DNA of 64,000 nucleotides from IMG/VR virus record IMGVR_UViG_3300023048_000002, positions 32,001 through 96,000 of that record. One strand, given 5' to 3'. Source of the DNA: a virus. Lineage: Duplodnaviria; Caudoviricetes. The notes beneath the pieces are model-generated. The model was given only the letters and a program-made list of their open reading frames with translations. It was not told where the DNA came from and ran no database searches. Numbering within the stretch: position 1 is the first letter of the stretch; each line of letters begins with the position of its first letter. The translations under genes and the position numbers were made by a program. Below are positions 36,601 to 45,438 of the stretch, piece by piece.

Positions 36601-37378
36601 TGGTACTGGTGATGGTAATGATCCGGGGAGTGGTAATAACCTCAATGGATGGCTTGATGAATTCCGTGTCACCAAGGGTGTTGCACGAGATTTAACCATT
36701 CCACAAGTTGGACCCTTCCCTGATGTATCAGGGACAACTCCTATGCCTACACCATCTGTAACACCAAGCCCATCAGTAGGCCAAAGAACCTATTTTGACC
36801 CAAATAACTCTTCACCAAGTATAACGACTACATCAAGTAATTCATATCGTGTAGCTACACGATCAACTGATCCTGACAATTATGTAAGTATCAAATCATA
36901 TGGTCATTCAACCGGGAAATATTATCTAGAGATTGTAACGAATACGGTAGGAAGTTGGGATGGTGGTATATTAGCCGGTTTTGGTTTTTCTAATGCTTTA
37001 AATAATACCTATGCTGGTGCAGATGCTTCAACCTCGATAAGTCTACAGAGTAATACCAGTGGCGATAATGCTAATGGATATGGTTTTAAAAATTGTACCA
37101 ATTCATCAGTTGATCGTATAGATGGTGTCAATAGATACTTCCGTCTGGCAATTGATTTTGATGCTGGAAAATTATGGATAGGCTCTGAGACGATATGGGC
37201 ATGTGGTGGAAGTGATCCATCTATTGGCAGTTCACCATTTGGAAACTTCACACCAAATACCATGATGTATGTAATGGCTTCCATGTATGACTCAGGTAAC
37301 AGTGTAACTATGAATGCATACTCTGATGAAATGATCGGAGCCATACCTACTGGTTTCTTACCATGGGGTGGTTCATGA
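33647..37378 (+). CDS. large virion surface/fibre protein: Ig-like, several LamG/ConA-like and a SPRY-like domain joined by Pro/Thr/Ser linkers
   Basis: FPAGLSL..DG; LKLNETSG..AKDSSGNGRDG; VVSLLHLDG..FGTGDFTIE..GWLDEFRVTKGVAR; TGKYYLE..AIDFDAGKLW; (PT)n tracts. Confidence 0.8.
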   Translation: MSDNYSVIYLDMDTGNKLYLEKALGSGIAQFKYIQNVPAATWTLFHQQFSDKFVISITDENNEEIVPDSIVVFDLDTIAIHFSEPVMGKAILIIFDKSNALPSPTPTTTASNTLTPTPSVSKSVSATPTPTPTNTRTISVTPSITASMHASATPSPTVTLTATPTPTLTVTPSASSAVILLDGHVADALINDSVAGSYMIVNGDVSGTFSISNDMGDDATFSINSGTFPAGLSLNSDGTFAGAYNTAGSFTWVVKAVDSEGRVGMLEDSNQVATIAGYINATAVLGAQVQSSNALTPRGLWAFVMGDFDFVNRLITLYVDDVNRGTAPAEVGPQTNIDITIGGINYSSEGISGWRGDIWGAGIANGGLTADERSLLWNSGNGIRFDDLSTRTDSVSQSLWAKMAYAWQLDDDATGDTYIDLTGHKNLSKSYTLTNRDDSKFGRVTNFPKSGKLTAINSSSDGFESNDHSTYFAWVFAEVEQTDDFPSVISRYNGGGNFQGIRCFWTSDVTDPTPTPSPSVTPSPVTPTPTPSISMSVSLTPLVTPTPTPSVSTGPIIPYESAILNRGPLVFLKLNETSGLIAKDSSGNGRDGTYNNTTIIGANGLYGSPYSARTNFAGFNIPWDAGLDVTGDFTIFMTAKISSASNSNQYPKLVSKYAGDASSGYATYMLQMTGSSGDMTSRVSTTDNSYNDITTSYPVNDDITRLYAVRRSGNEVSYFINDTLIGSITVSGNNSISNSPIQIGGDNNARDGMDANVQWFSVFDYAIADNDITSLYYLASGITPTPTPSVSPSSTPNLTSIDPYFNNVVSLLHLDGDNGSQTITDQISSNQWTARLAAGLSNEKTLVSGTCASLPGTAYSYLSTPYNPIYDFGTGDFTIEITVMFRAFNGEYQIFASRQCDSPVSIAVQLRLNPSNIIETTLRSGDGSQVLNVAGTSVLSENTKYSIGVRRLNGIVELYVNNIMEGTIACAYDMYDAAQTHGWVLGTGDGNDPGSGNNLNGWLDEFRVTKGVARDLTIPQVGPFPDVSGTTPMPTPSVTPSPSVGQRTYFDPNNSSPSITTTSSNSYRVATRSTDPDNYVSIKSYGHSTGKYYLEIVTNTVGSWDGGILAGFGFSNALNNTYAGADASTSISLQSNTSGDNANGYGFKNCTNSSVDRIDGVNRYFRLAIDFDAGKLWIGSETIWACGGSDPSIGSSPFGNFTPNTMMYVMASMYDSGNSVTMNAYSDEMIGAIPTGFLPWGGS

Positions 37379-37427
37379 TTTACAACCTCATTTTCGAAAA
37401 CATAAATAACAATAAACCGGCTTACAC

Positions 37428-37862
37428 ATGAAGAAACAGTTAAATTTTCAACCGCTTATCGTAGAAGAACATCCTAAAGATTATAATGGTTACGAGTTCA
37501 TTACTCTAATCAAATATAACGATCAGAATTTCTTGACAATTGTTGACAATATCACGAATAACCAAATAGTAGCCTATGTTCTAGACTACTGTAATTTGAT
37601 TAAGATTGATGAAGAAGAGATTATTTCTATTGCAAATAATTGGTATGAGAATCACAGAGCCGAACATCCTATCTCTATCGAGTTCTTTAAACATGGAATT
37701 GCTCAAGACATGTCTAAATTAATCCGATGCTTCTCAACAGATTATGTAGTAAGAGTCATCGGACCTATCTATAAGTTCAATATGAAGGGTCCAACAAAGG
37801 TTAGACGTAGAAAGAAGAAATCCATCCCAGCAGCAATGGATTTCGTTGACAGAACAATTTAA
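37428..37862 (+). CDS. hypothetical protein
   Basis: 144 aa; CATAAATA at 37401-37408. Confidence 0.75.
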   Translation: MKKQLNFQPLIVEEHPKDYNGYEFITLIKYNDQNFLTIVDNITNNQIVAYVLDYCNLIKIDEEEIISIANNWYENHRAEHPISIEFFKHGIAQDMSKLIRCFSTDYVVRVIGPIYKFNMKGPTKVRRRKKKSIPAAMDFVDRTI

Positions 37863-38218
37863 AGCATTGACTGAATTAGTTCATAGGATTCTAGATTAAC
37901 GTATTCCTGCTTGTTAGTCTCAAAATCCTTTAACTGAGTTTCACCTTCTGGTGTTAACTGTCCCATCTGATCTACCAGATTGTTATTATACAAAGCATCC
38001 TTTCCGCTAGGTGACAGAGCAAGCTGATTCGCGCTCTGTTGCACGAGTCCTAGTCTTACCAACTCATCCTTAGCCTGAATAGTGTTAGGAGAACCTGATG
38101 CCATATCAAAGGCCTGCTGTGGTGTTGCAGAAGCGAACACAGTTACTAGCATACCTTTCTGTGAATCGGTTAGATTCGTTGTTGGTGCTTCGCTTAGGAT
38201 ATCCCTAATCTTTTTCAT
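37859..38218 (-). CDS. hypothetical protein
   Basis: 119 aa; MKKIRDILSE N-terminus. Confidence 0.7.
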   Translation of the reverse strand: MKKIRDILSEAPTTNLTDSQKGMLVTVFASATPQQAFDMASGSPNTIQAKDELVRLGLVQQSANQLALSPSGKDALYNNNLVDQMGQLTPEGETQLKDFETNKQEYVNLESYELIQSML

Positions 38219-38784
38219 AGTCGTCCCATTTTGATTAAATGCAATTGAAGAACCACGAGAAGAGCGTATGCCAGAGCATGCGCTTTTTTCATATGCGACT
38301 TATCTCTGATCGTGTAAAGCTCTTTACGATGTTCTTTCTTATTCTTTAGATATTTATCCAATATCTTTTCTTTCATTGGTCTAATGAAAGCAATGGCATC
38401 AGCAATTTCTAGAACGGATGTTGGCTTGATGGCATAGACAATATCGAAGTGACCAGTTAGATGGAACAGTTTGTCCACATTAGATCGTTCAAGCAATAGC
38501 TTCCAGTCTGGTTCAATATCCAGAAGGTCATCCATTTCTTTCTTAGAACTGAACAGCTTCAATGTATTATTGTTAAGCATGTCAATCTTGAAATACCCTT
38601 CCTGCTCTGCATCCTCATAAGGAATAGCAGACAGCTTGGTCATCCGATCCTTCGGAATGTTTTGAAAATATATGCCCACAGGATGGGGCTTCAATTGTCC
38701 GTTCTGAACCATTGAAGCCTTTGTGGCTAAGTTGAAAAGTTTGAAGGGATTGACATCCGGTCGGATGTCGATGTCTATATCCAT
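38215..38784 (-). CDS. DNA polymerase III alpha (DnaE)-like fragment 2, catalytic palm
   Basis: MDIDID (cf. PDIDIDF), HPVGIY, GYFKIDML (cf. GLxKxDxL), KAHALAYA (cf. KSHAAAYA). Confidence 0.85.
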   Translation of the reverse strand: MDIDIDIRPDVNPFKLFNLATKASMVQNGQLKPHPVGIYFQNIPKDRMTKLSAIPYEDAEQEGYFKIDMLNNNTLKLFSSKKEMDDLLDIEPDWKLLLERSNVDKLFHLTGHFDIVYAIKPTSVLEIADAIAFIRPMKEKILDKYLKNKKEHRKELYTIRDKSHMKKAHALAYALLVVLQLHLIKMGRL

Positions 38785-39434
38785 TTTTTTGAGCCCAATA
38801 CTAGTAAGTCTCTTTTGAGTATATCACATTCTTCCAATGTTTCAATCTCATCAATTCTTTTCTTGTATTGGTTCTTGATCTGTTCGACGGATATGAGTCG
38901 CAACAAATAATTTTTTCTTGCCTTCACGAATATGTGAGCTACTGATTCATGTGAACGGCCACTATGCTTTGATTCTAATTCTATTAGAATATTATGTTCA
39001 GTCTTTCCATCAAAGAAACGAACCGCTTCTTCAAAACGCTCAAGCATCAAATCTCGGGAATCGAAATCATCTTGAATGCTACTGACAACATTACGAATGA
39101 TTTCACGAACCATTCGTCTTAGCTCTTCTTTATAATGTTCTATAGATTTGTAATCAGTACTCTTGTACTTGACCGGAGGAATATGTTTCTGTAAGTCAGC
39201 AAGAAACTCCATAGCTTTCCCAATATCATGGAAATCATCTACGGAGCGTACTTTGATTCTCCACTGTTTCCAGAGTTCCATGATGGATGGTTCAAGTTCA
39301 ACGTCTTTCACAAAAATCCAATCACTGTTGGATAACATGCGGTTACGTATTGACTTTACTTCATTCCAATCATTTTTTCTCTTTTCATCAGTGGTAGATA
39401 TCTTTAGACTTTTTATTCTTTTAATTTCAGTCAT
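38775..39434 (-). CDS. tail-fibre assembly chaperone-like protein
   Basis: W.EVK.IRN.ML..SDW....D......W.QWR..VR motif. Confidence 0.6.
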   Translation of the reverse strand: MTEIKRIKSLKISTTDEKRKNDWNEVKSIRNRMLSNSDWIFVKDVELEPSIMELWKQWRIKVRSVDDFHDIGKAMEFLADLQKHIPPVKYKSTDYKSIEHYKEELRRMVREIIRNVVSSIQDDFDSRDLMLERFEEAVRFFDGKTEHNILIELESKHSGRSHESVAHIFVKARKNYLLRLISVEQIKNQYKKRIDEIETLEECDILKRDLLVLGSKKWI

Positions 39435-40618
39435 TAGTCGGTGTGGATATATCTGTACTGGACAGTTACGTTGTTAGTGTAAGCTACAACGCCACGAGCA
39501 TCCGTGACTTTGTAACGGAAGATTGTTGTGTAGCGTGGTGTACCAGTACCATCATCATCCGCACCAATGGTTGCCTTAGGACCAATCCATGAAATGGATA
39601 GCGCACCCGGTGTTGCTGTGTTGAATGAACCAAATGTATTCAAGCTATCACCACTGATCAAATCATAACCATAAGTGTATGGACCAACACCACCTACAGC
39701 AGTCAATGTCGATGATCTTGATGGAGTGCACTGGTCAGTTGATAGACCATTACATGAAGATACAAAGGATGATGCTGGAACGCCGATAACTAGCGGTGCT
39801 GCTGATGCTGATGGCGTGTTGGACGGTGTTGGAGTAGGTGATGGTGAAATCGTTGGTGAAGGTGTCAATGACGTTGCTGGTGTGGCTGAAATTGAGGCCT
39901 GTGGTGTTGGGGTAGGTGTTACGGTAGGTACTGGTGTGGCACTTCGTGTAACCGTTGGAGTAGGTGTTGCAGACTGACCAACAGAAGATGTTGGTGTTGG
40001 TGACGGTGTTGGTGTGATCTGTACTGTAGGCTGTGACTGATTTACGTTACCACCAATACCCACAATCATATAGTTAGCCAAACCACCAACCACGTTTGAT
40101 ACGCCAACGTATCTCATCTTCATAGACACCAAACCATTATTATCAGTTTGGCATTCTAAGTAATCAATCTTTTGTGGAATGTTGAATGGACTTACAATCC
40201 AAACACATTCCGAGTATTCAAATGTTCTACCAGAAGACTCACTGACAGGCTTAGGAATGTACTGACCGTCTGAAATGATGCCCCAATTGGCAGCAACGTC
40301 ATCTTCACGGGCAATAGGAATCCACTTTGAACCATCATAATAATTCAATAGCTTCTTTGTACTATTCCACCACCATTGACCTTCAATCTTATCCTGAAAC
40401 AAACTATCTACGGCACGATTTTGATCGGGATTGCCGGGATTATTTGCATCTTCTGGACATGCGAAGTTCTCAAGGATATGAATTAGATTATCCTGAAGTT
40501 CCTTACCATAGGCAAGACGCTTACGACCGAACAATGTAATGTCAGTCGAGTTATTAACCTCAGTCTCATCAATCATGATAGGAAGTTTGGTCTTGTCAGT
40601 AAAGTTAATAGTATACAT
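39434..40618 (-). CDS. virion structural protein, paralog 3 (no Hint domain)
   Basis: Shared N-domain [33 protein letters not shown]; PT linker; beta-rich tip. Confidence 0.8.
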   Translation of the reverse strand: MYTINFTDKTKLPIMIDETEVNNSTDITLFGRKRLAYGKELQDNLIHILENFACPEDANNPGNPDQNRAVDSLFQDKIEGQWWWNSTKKLLNYYDGSKWIPIAREDDVAANWGIISDGQYIPKPVSESSGRTFEYSECVWIVSPFNIPQKIDYLECQTDNNGLVSMKMRYVGVSNVVGGLANYMIVGIGGNVNQSQPTVQITPTPSPTPTSSVGQSATPTPTVTRSATPVPTVTPTPTPQASISATPATSLTPSPTISPSPTPTPSNTPSASAAPLVIGVPASSFVSSCNGLSTDQCTPSRSSTLTAVGGVGPYTYGYDLISGDSLNTFGSFNTATPGALSISWIGPKATIGADDDGTGTPRYTTIFRYKVTDARGVVAYTNNVTVQYRYIHTD

Positions 40619-40621
40619 TAA

Positions 40622-40792
40622 TTAATCCCAAGTCTCAAAGTCTTCAATTTTACTGCCAATCAAATCTGGTGTGAATTCCTCATCAGGCATTTCACAGACG
40701 ATATAGCCGTTCTTTGAAGCATCTTCAATATTTATTGGCTTGATAGCACTACCAATGATTACATTATCTGTTTGTCTTACAATTAAAAACAT
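40622..40792 (-). CDS. hypothetical 56 aa protein, not in the ORF track
   Basis: Hand-translated MFLIVRQTDNVIIG...; AAGGA RBS. Confidence 0.6.
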   Translation of the reverse strand: MFLIVRQTDNVIIGSAIKPINIEDASKNGYIVCEMPDEEFTPDLIGSKIEDFETWD

Positions 40793-40801
40793 AGTTAATC
40801 C

Positions 40802-40975
40802 TTAAATTAGGCACTCTTGATACGTACCATCATTACAGAAGCATCCATCCATGATAGATGAACCTCCGCCATGACCTAAACATTGCTTATCACAAGTAGT
40901 GCAGCGCTTGATATCAATAGTCAAGTCTTCACGTTTAGGATATTTATTTTTCTTTGGCTTCTCGTTATCAGTCAT
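40802..40975 (-). CDS. small Cys-rich protein, 57 aa, not in the ORF track
   Basis: Hand-translated MTDNEK...RCTTCDKQCLGHGGGSSIMDGCFCNDGTYQECLI; AAGGT RBS. Confidence 0.65.
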   Translation of the reverse strand: MTDNEKPKKNKYPKREDLTIDIKRCTTCDKQCLGHGGGSSIMDGCFCNDGTYQECLI

Positions 40976-40984
40976 ATTATTACC

Positions 40985-42376
40985 TTAAACGTCGGAACAG
41001 CAGTTTGGTGGAATCCAAGTACCTGTACCATCTGCACAATAGCAGCACTTAATGTTATGGTGAAGAATAAATGCATCTGACTGTTCACCAGCCCAAAAAC
41101 ACTTATCGCCAACAGTGATATGCTGAACCCAAATATCACCCTCATCAGTTACGCTAATAGCTTCTTCCCACTTTGATTCACCGTCAACCATGACAGCTAC
41201 ATGCTTACCTAAAACGAATGGTGCTTCAATGACACCTTCAGTTGTAGGAATTGGTGCAGTAGTTGAACATACTAGCGAGATACCAGTTCTGGTAACAATT
41301 CTTACTGACGGCTGCAAGCTTGGTTCAGAATAAGTGACAATACCTGTACCCGGAGTCAAATCATCTTGATCGGCTAAGATCATAGAATCGCCCGGTTTAA
41401 TTTCACCAGCAATTCTTCCATCAGGCAGGAATGAGTTAACTGCTACACAGCAGTGAGCCTGTATCGCTTCACAACGCTGACATGCATTCAAGAATGGTGA
41501 TGGCGATGGCGTGATAGTTGGAACTGGTGTATTTGAAGGTACTGGTGTGTTAGATGGTGCCGGAGTATTTGATGGTGCTGGTGTTGGCGAAGGAACAGGT
41601 GTAGGTGTTCTTGTGCTAGTTGGCACTGGTGTATTAGTTGGAGCCGCTGTTCTTGTTGGGGTAGGTGTAGGTGTTCTTGTTACAGTAGCCGTTACTGACG
41701 GTGTTGGTGTAGCTGATGCCGTTGGTGTAGGTGTAGGTGTTCTTGAAACGAAAGGAGTTTGAGGAATAACATTCATATTACCTGCATTAACGTTTCCACT
41801 AATAGCAATAATCATGTAGTTAGCAATGCCTTTCGATAAAGCATCATCACCATAGGCTCTGTACTTCATTGAAACTATACCAGAGTTATCCGTAGTGCAA
41901 AGCATGTAAGTGAAAGCCTGTGGAAGCTTTGCAGGAGATACAGCCCAAATGCATTCACTATAATCATAAACGTAACCATTATAACGATTAACTGGACGTG
42001 GAATTTGCTGGCCGTCCTGAATCTGGCCCCAATTAGCTGCAACATCACCCTGTGTTCTTAAAATTTCCCACTGTGCACTATTGAAAACATACATCTTCTT
42101 ATCAGTGCTGTTAAACCATAACTGACCTTCTGTAGGAGTATCCAATGCACCACCATTGATCGTGGCGTCTGGAAATACATTTGAGTCAGTTGAAGCTGCG
42201 TCTTGAGGGCATGCAAATCTTTCAAGAAGATGTAGCATGTTTTCATTTAGCTCTTCACCATATTCAAGATCAACTCTACCAAACAATGAAATTGCAGTAG
42301 AGGTGTCATCCTTAGTACCTTCTTTAAGGGTAATAGGAGTTTTGTTGATATCTGTAAATCTTACGTTGTAATCCAT
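40985..42376 (-). CDS. virion structural protein, paralog 2, with a Hint domain flanked by Cys-rich segments
   Basis: Shared N-domain, PT linker, CVAVNS...ILHHN. Confidence 0.8.
   Translation of the reverse strand: MDYNVRFTDINKTPITLKEGTKDDTSTAISLFGRVDLEYGEELNENMLHLLERFACPQDAASTDSNVFPDATINGGALDTPTEGQLWFNSTDKKMYVFNSAQWEILRTQGDVAANWGQIQDGQQIPRPVNRYNGYVYDYSECIWAVSPAKLPQAFTYMLCTTDNSGIVSMKYRAYGDDALSKGIANYMIIAISGNVNAGNMNVIPQTPFVSRTPTPTPTASATPTPSVTATVTRTPTPTPTRTAAPTNTPVPTSTRTPTPVPSPTPAPSNTPAPSNTPVPSNTPVPTITPSPSPFLNACQRCEAIQAHCCVAVNSFLPDGRIAGEIKPGDSMILADQDDLTPGTGIVTYSEPSLQPSVRIVTRTGISLVCSTTAPIPTTEGVIEAPFVLGKHVAVMVDGESKWEEAISVTDEGDIWVQHITVGDKCFWAGEQSDAFILHHNIKCCYCADGTGTWIPPNCCSDV
41054..41449 (-). other. 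Hint (intein-like/BIL) domain, 132 aa
   Basis: Cys1 block A CVAVNSFLPDG..AGEIKPGD, block B VRIVTRTG.SLVCST, block F/G VQHITV...FWAG...ILHHN. Confidence 0.8.
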
Positions 42377-42378
42377 TG

Positions 42379-44253
42379 TTAATCCGATGCTTGATTTAAT
42401 TTGTTATGGTGTAGGATAAATGCATCTGCTGTTTCACCAGCCCAAAAACATCTATCATCTACAGTAATGTGTTGAATTTCTTTATCCCCAACACTCTCAA
42501 CCATGATGACAACTTCCCAATTGGTTAGATTGTTTCTCATTACTGGAATATTTCTATTTAACAAATCAGGTGCCATCATGTAACCATTATCATAGGTAGG
42601 GATTGGTGCTGTGGTTGAGCATACCAATGATGCGCCAGATTCAGTTACGATTCTTACGCAAGGCTGTACCTTTGTTGTGGAGTATGAGACATCACTAAGA
42701 GTTGTATCAAAGTAGTTATATGGATCAGCAGTTACCAACTGATCACCAACATTGACTGCCTGTGCTACAGAACCATCAGGGAATACGGAATCAATTGCTA
42801 CGCAACCTCCACCACTTGTTGATGTGCAGTTAGCAGTTGAGAACCAAGAGTCTGTATAGGAGCCCTGTGGAGTTGTATAGGAAGTACCGTATACATTACC
42901 CTGTAGACCAGATGGGGTGTATAGAACAAGCTGTTTGCCAAGAGCATCAGTGATGACGACATAGCTAGCACTAGAAACAGACAATGACCACTGACCATTA
43001 TCACAGTTGTTAAAGATACCTGTAATGCCGATAACTGCGGTTGCAGATAGTGAGCTAGATGAATCTGCACCTGTTCTTAGCGTGCTGGTTGATGCACCAG
43101 ATGCACCAGCATAGCTTCGTGTGGTTGTGGTTGCGATAGTTGCACCAGTTGTGGTGTCAACCAATGAGGAACCAAAATTAACGTTACCAAACTCTACACT
43201 ATATGGCGCTGAACCACCTGAAATTTCCTGTACGATAACACTCATATTGTTCAAGCAACTTACGCGAGTGGAAGCTGTTGTTGTACATGGTGAAGGAATT
43301 TCTGTGTTACCAGCCTGTGGATATCCCTTAGATGGTGAGATATACATCGTAGCTCTCAATGGTGCAATCGTCTTAGATGGCGTAATTGAAGGCGTTGGGG
43401 ACGGTGTGGTAGATGCCGTAGGGGTTGGCGTAGTAGATACGGCCGGTGTCGCTGTACGGGACACTGAAGGCGTTGGAGACGGTGTAGGTGTACGCGTTGG
43501 CGTAGGAGTTACTGTAATACCCGTAGTTGCTGACGGAGTAATTGTTGGTGTTGGTGATGCACCCACCGAAGGCGATGGATTTGGCATATTTGTTGGGGTT
43601 GGTGTTGGTGAAGGAATAGGTGATGGCTGACCATCGTCTGTTCCTTCATTCTGGTTAAACTTAACACCAATGATCTGGTAAAAGGCATAGCCTTCTGAGA
43701 CAGTTGTGAACTGTCCCATTCTATATTGTGCTGTTACCTTGGCTTGACTATCTGTATAACAAATCATGTAATCAACTTCATCAGGGAAGTTGAACGGGCT
43801 AACAATCCAGCTACATTCATCGTAGCTGAATTCATAACCTGTAGATGCTGAAATTGGTCGAGGGAGGTTTGCACCATGAGCGATAATGCCGCTATTACCA
43901 GCAATGTCACTTAATGAACTGTTAGCAATCCATTGAGAGCCATCATAAACATACAATTTCTTTCTAGTGGAGTTCCACCATAGCTGACCTTCAGTTGGTT
44001 GCTTAAGCACACCACCGTAAGCCTGATTGTAGTCTGGATAGTTAGGGTTTGAGGCATCTTCAGGGCAAGCAAAGTTTTCCAGCATGTGCAACATATTCTC
44101 ATCGAATACCTCGCCATACTCTTTACGTGACTTGCCCAAAAGGGTTATATCCAATACATTTTGAATCAGCGTTTGTTTGTTTACAATGATAGGATTTTTA
44201 GTATTATCAGTATACTGTAAATTGTACACGCCGTCAGCGCAATTGTTAGCCAT
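42379..44253 (-). CDS. virion structural protein, paralog 1, with a C-terminal Hint domain
   Basis: Shared N-domain, PT linker, Ser/Thr-rich beta domain, GGG|CVAIDS...ILHHN; TATAAATA at 44283-44290. Confidence 0.8.
   Translation of the reverse strand: MANNCADGVYNLQYTDNTKNPIIVNKQTLIQNVLDITLLGKSRKEYGEVFDENMLHMLENFACPEDASNPNYPDYNQAYGGVLKQPTEGQLWWNSTRKKLYVYDGSQWIANSSLSDIAGNSGIIAHGANLPRPISASTGYEFSYDECSWIVSPFNFPDEVDYMICYTDSQAKVTAQYRMGQFTTVSEGYAFYQIIGVKFNQNEGTDDGQPSPIPSPTPTPTNMPNPSPSVGASPTPTITPSATTGITVTPTPTRTPTPSPTPSVSRTATPAVSTTPTPTASTTPSPTPSITPSKTIAPLRATMYISPSKGYPQAGNTEIPSPCTTTASTRVSCLNNMSVIVQEISGGSAPYSVEFGNVNFGSSLVDTTTGATIATTTTRSYAGASGASTSTLRTGADSSSSLSATAVIGITGIFNNCDNGQWSLSVSSASYVVITDALGKQLVLYTPSGLQGNVYGTSYTTPQGSYTDSWFSTANCTSTSGGGCVAIDSVFPDGSVAQAVNVGDQLVTADPYNYFDTTLSDVSYSTTKVQPCVRIVTESGASLVCSTTAPIPTYDNGYMMAPDLLNRNIPVMRNNLTNWEVVIMVESVGDKEIQHITVDDRCFWAGETADAFILHHNKLNQASD
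42403..42804 (-). other. Hint (intein-like/BIL) domain, 134 aa
   Basis: GGG|CVAIDSVFPDG...VGD, VRIVTESGASLVCST, IQHITV...FWAG...ILHHN. Confidence 0.8.
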
Positions 44254-44300
44254 TAAACCCTCTAGGAACCTATTATCTTAACTATTTATAACCAAGACAA

Positions 44301-44978
44301 TTAAATACCTAGCTCGCGATTAATACTTTTAATCTCATGAACCTTCTCAGGGTTATTGATCAAATGCTGTTTCCAGACACTTACGTCAATAATTTGACTG
44401 AACAAAACACGTTCTTCCTTGTTAGTCTTGAAGGTCATGAAGTCCATGAATTTCTTACTTGGGAGAAGTAGCCATGGCGATAACTTACGAGATGTAATGT
44501 AACGAATAATCTGAATTGGTGTCACCTTGTTAAAGACTTCACCCGTCTCACAGCCTTGCTCAATTGAAATATCACGAATGGTTTCAATCGATAGATCAAT
44601 CTTGGTGTCAATAGGATATTCTTTATCGAAATTTTCGATGTAATAATCATATACATCATAATCACACCAGTTAAAAGGTAGTAAATCCTTCTTAATCATT
44701 AATTCAATATATCCAATCCTGTCAGGGATGGACTGAGACTTACAGAACTTAGAGAACTCTACGAAAGCATTAAAGTAACGGGAACTGGTGAAATTCTCCA
44801 CGGTAACTGGTGGTCGATTTGAAATCTTGCGCCACTGGTTAAACGTAAGGTATGCGATATGACCAATCGGTTTAGCGAATAGATCATAACGCTTCATTTT
44901 CTCGCACTTGTGCTTTAGATAGTTAGCTTCTCTTTTGAAGTTCTTTCCACAAAAATCACAAACTAGGTTCTTTTCCAT
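44301..44978 (-). CDS. zinc-finger-containing hypothetical protein
   Basis: CDFCGKNF.RE..YLKHKC at the N-terminus; LSPWLL. Confidence 0.75.
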   Translation of the reverse strand: MEKNLVCDFCGKNFKREANYLKHKCEKMKRYDLFAKPIGHIAYLTFNQWRKISNRPPVTVENFTSSRYFNAFVEFSKFCKSQSIPDRIGYIELMIKKDLLPFNWCDYDVYDYYIENFDKEYPIDTKIDLSIETIRDISIEQGCETGEVFNKVTPIQIIRYITSRKLSPWLLLPSKKFMDFMTFKTNKEERVLFSQIIDVSVWKQHLINNPEKVHEIKSINRELGI

Positions 44979-45438
44979 TTAATTCTTTCTTCAACTTGGT
45001 CATGGTTTCTTTATCAGTTCCGATATCTTCGGCCATCTGAATGATATCATCATTTGACAATATATTCAAATAGTCCAATGCAACGGAAGACGAACAGCCC
45101 GTGTTCTCTTTAATCACCCTGATAGTCTCTGAGTCTTTGTCCTTGGACTTTCTCTTGGTCCAGTAAGGTCGTTTACCCTTATCCACATGCGAGGCCATTA
45201 GAAGCTTATATAGAAGGTGAGGGTGCTTATACATCTGAAAGCAAACGGTGTTTACCAAGCCATTAATTAGCTTGATCTGATTTGCATTCTTTGTACCCGC
45301 TTCCCACTTCATCAAAACCAATGGTGCTAACTTGCGTGTCTGGTAATCCTCCAAACTATCGAAAAAGGCTACATTGCCTTTTTCGATGTGCTTGAGTACA
45401 TCAAAGATATCTGGTGTGTTCTCTGTCTTATCTGTCAT
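44956..45438 (-). CDS. clamp loader small subunit (T4 gp62-like)
   Basis: DIFD.L..I, KHP.LLY.L, W.K, ALDYL.ILS; near the large subunit; start set to MTDKTE. Confidence 0.65.
   Translation of the reverse strand: MTDKTENTPDIFDVLKHIEKGNVAFFDSLEDYQTRKLAPLVLMKWEAGTKNANQIKLINGLVNTVCFQMYKHPHLLYKLLMASHVDKGKRPYWTKRKSKDKDSETIRVIKENTGCSSSVALDYLNILSNDDIIQMAEDIGTDKETMTKLKKELNGKEPSL

Noticed and set aside
41054-42804. Classical mobile inteins
   Set aside because: No homing endonuclease, no +1 Cys/Ser/Thr and no block-B His; better described as BIL/Hedgehog-type Hint domains.
33886-43630. Val/Gly-rich ORFs (33886-34134, 35047-35409, 39675-39977, 41511-41762, 43121-43630)
   Set aside because: They are antisense shadows of the Pro/Thr linkers in real genes.
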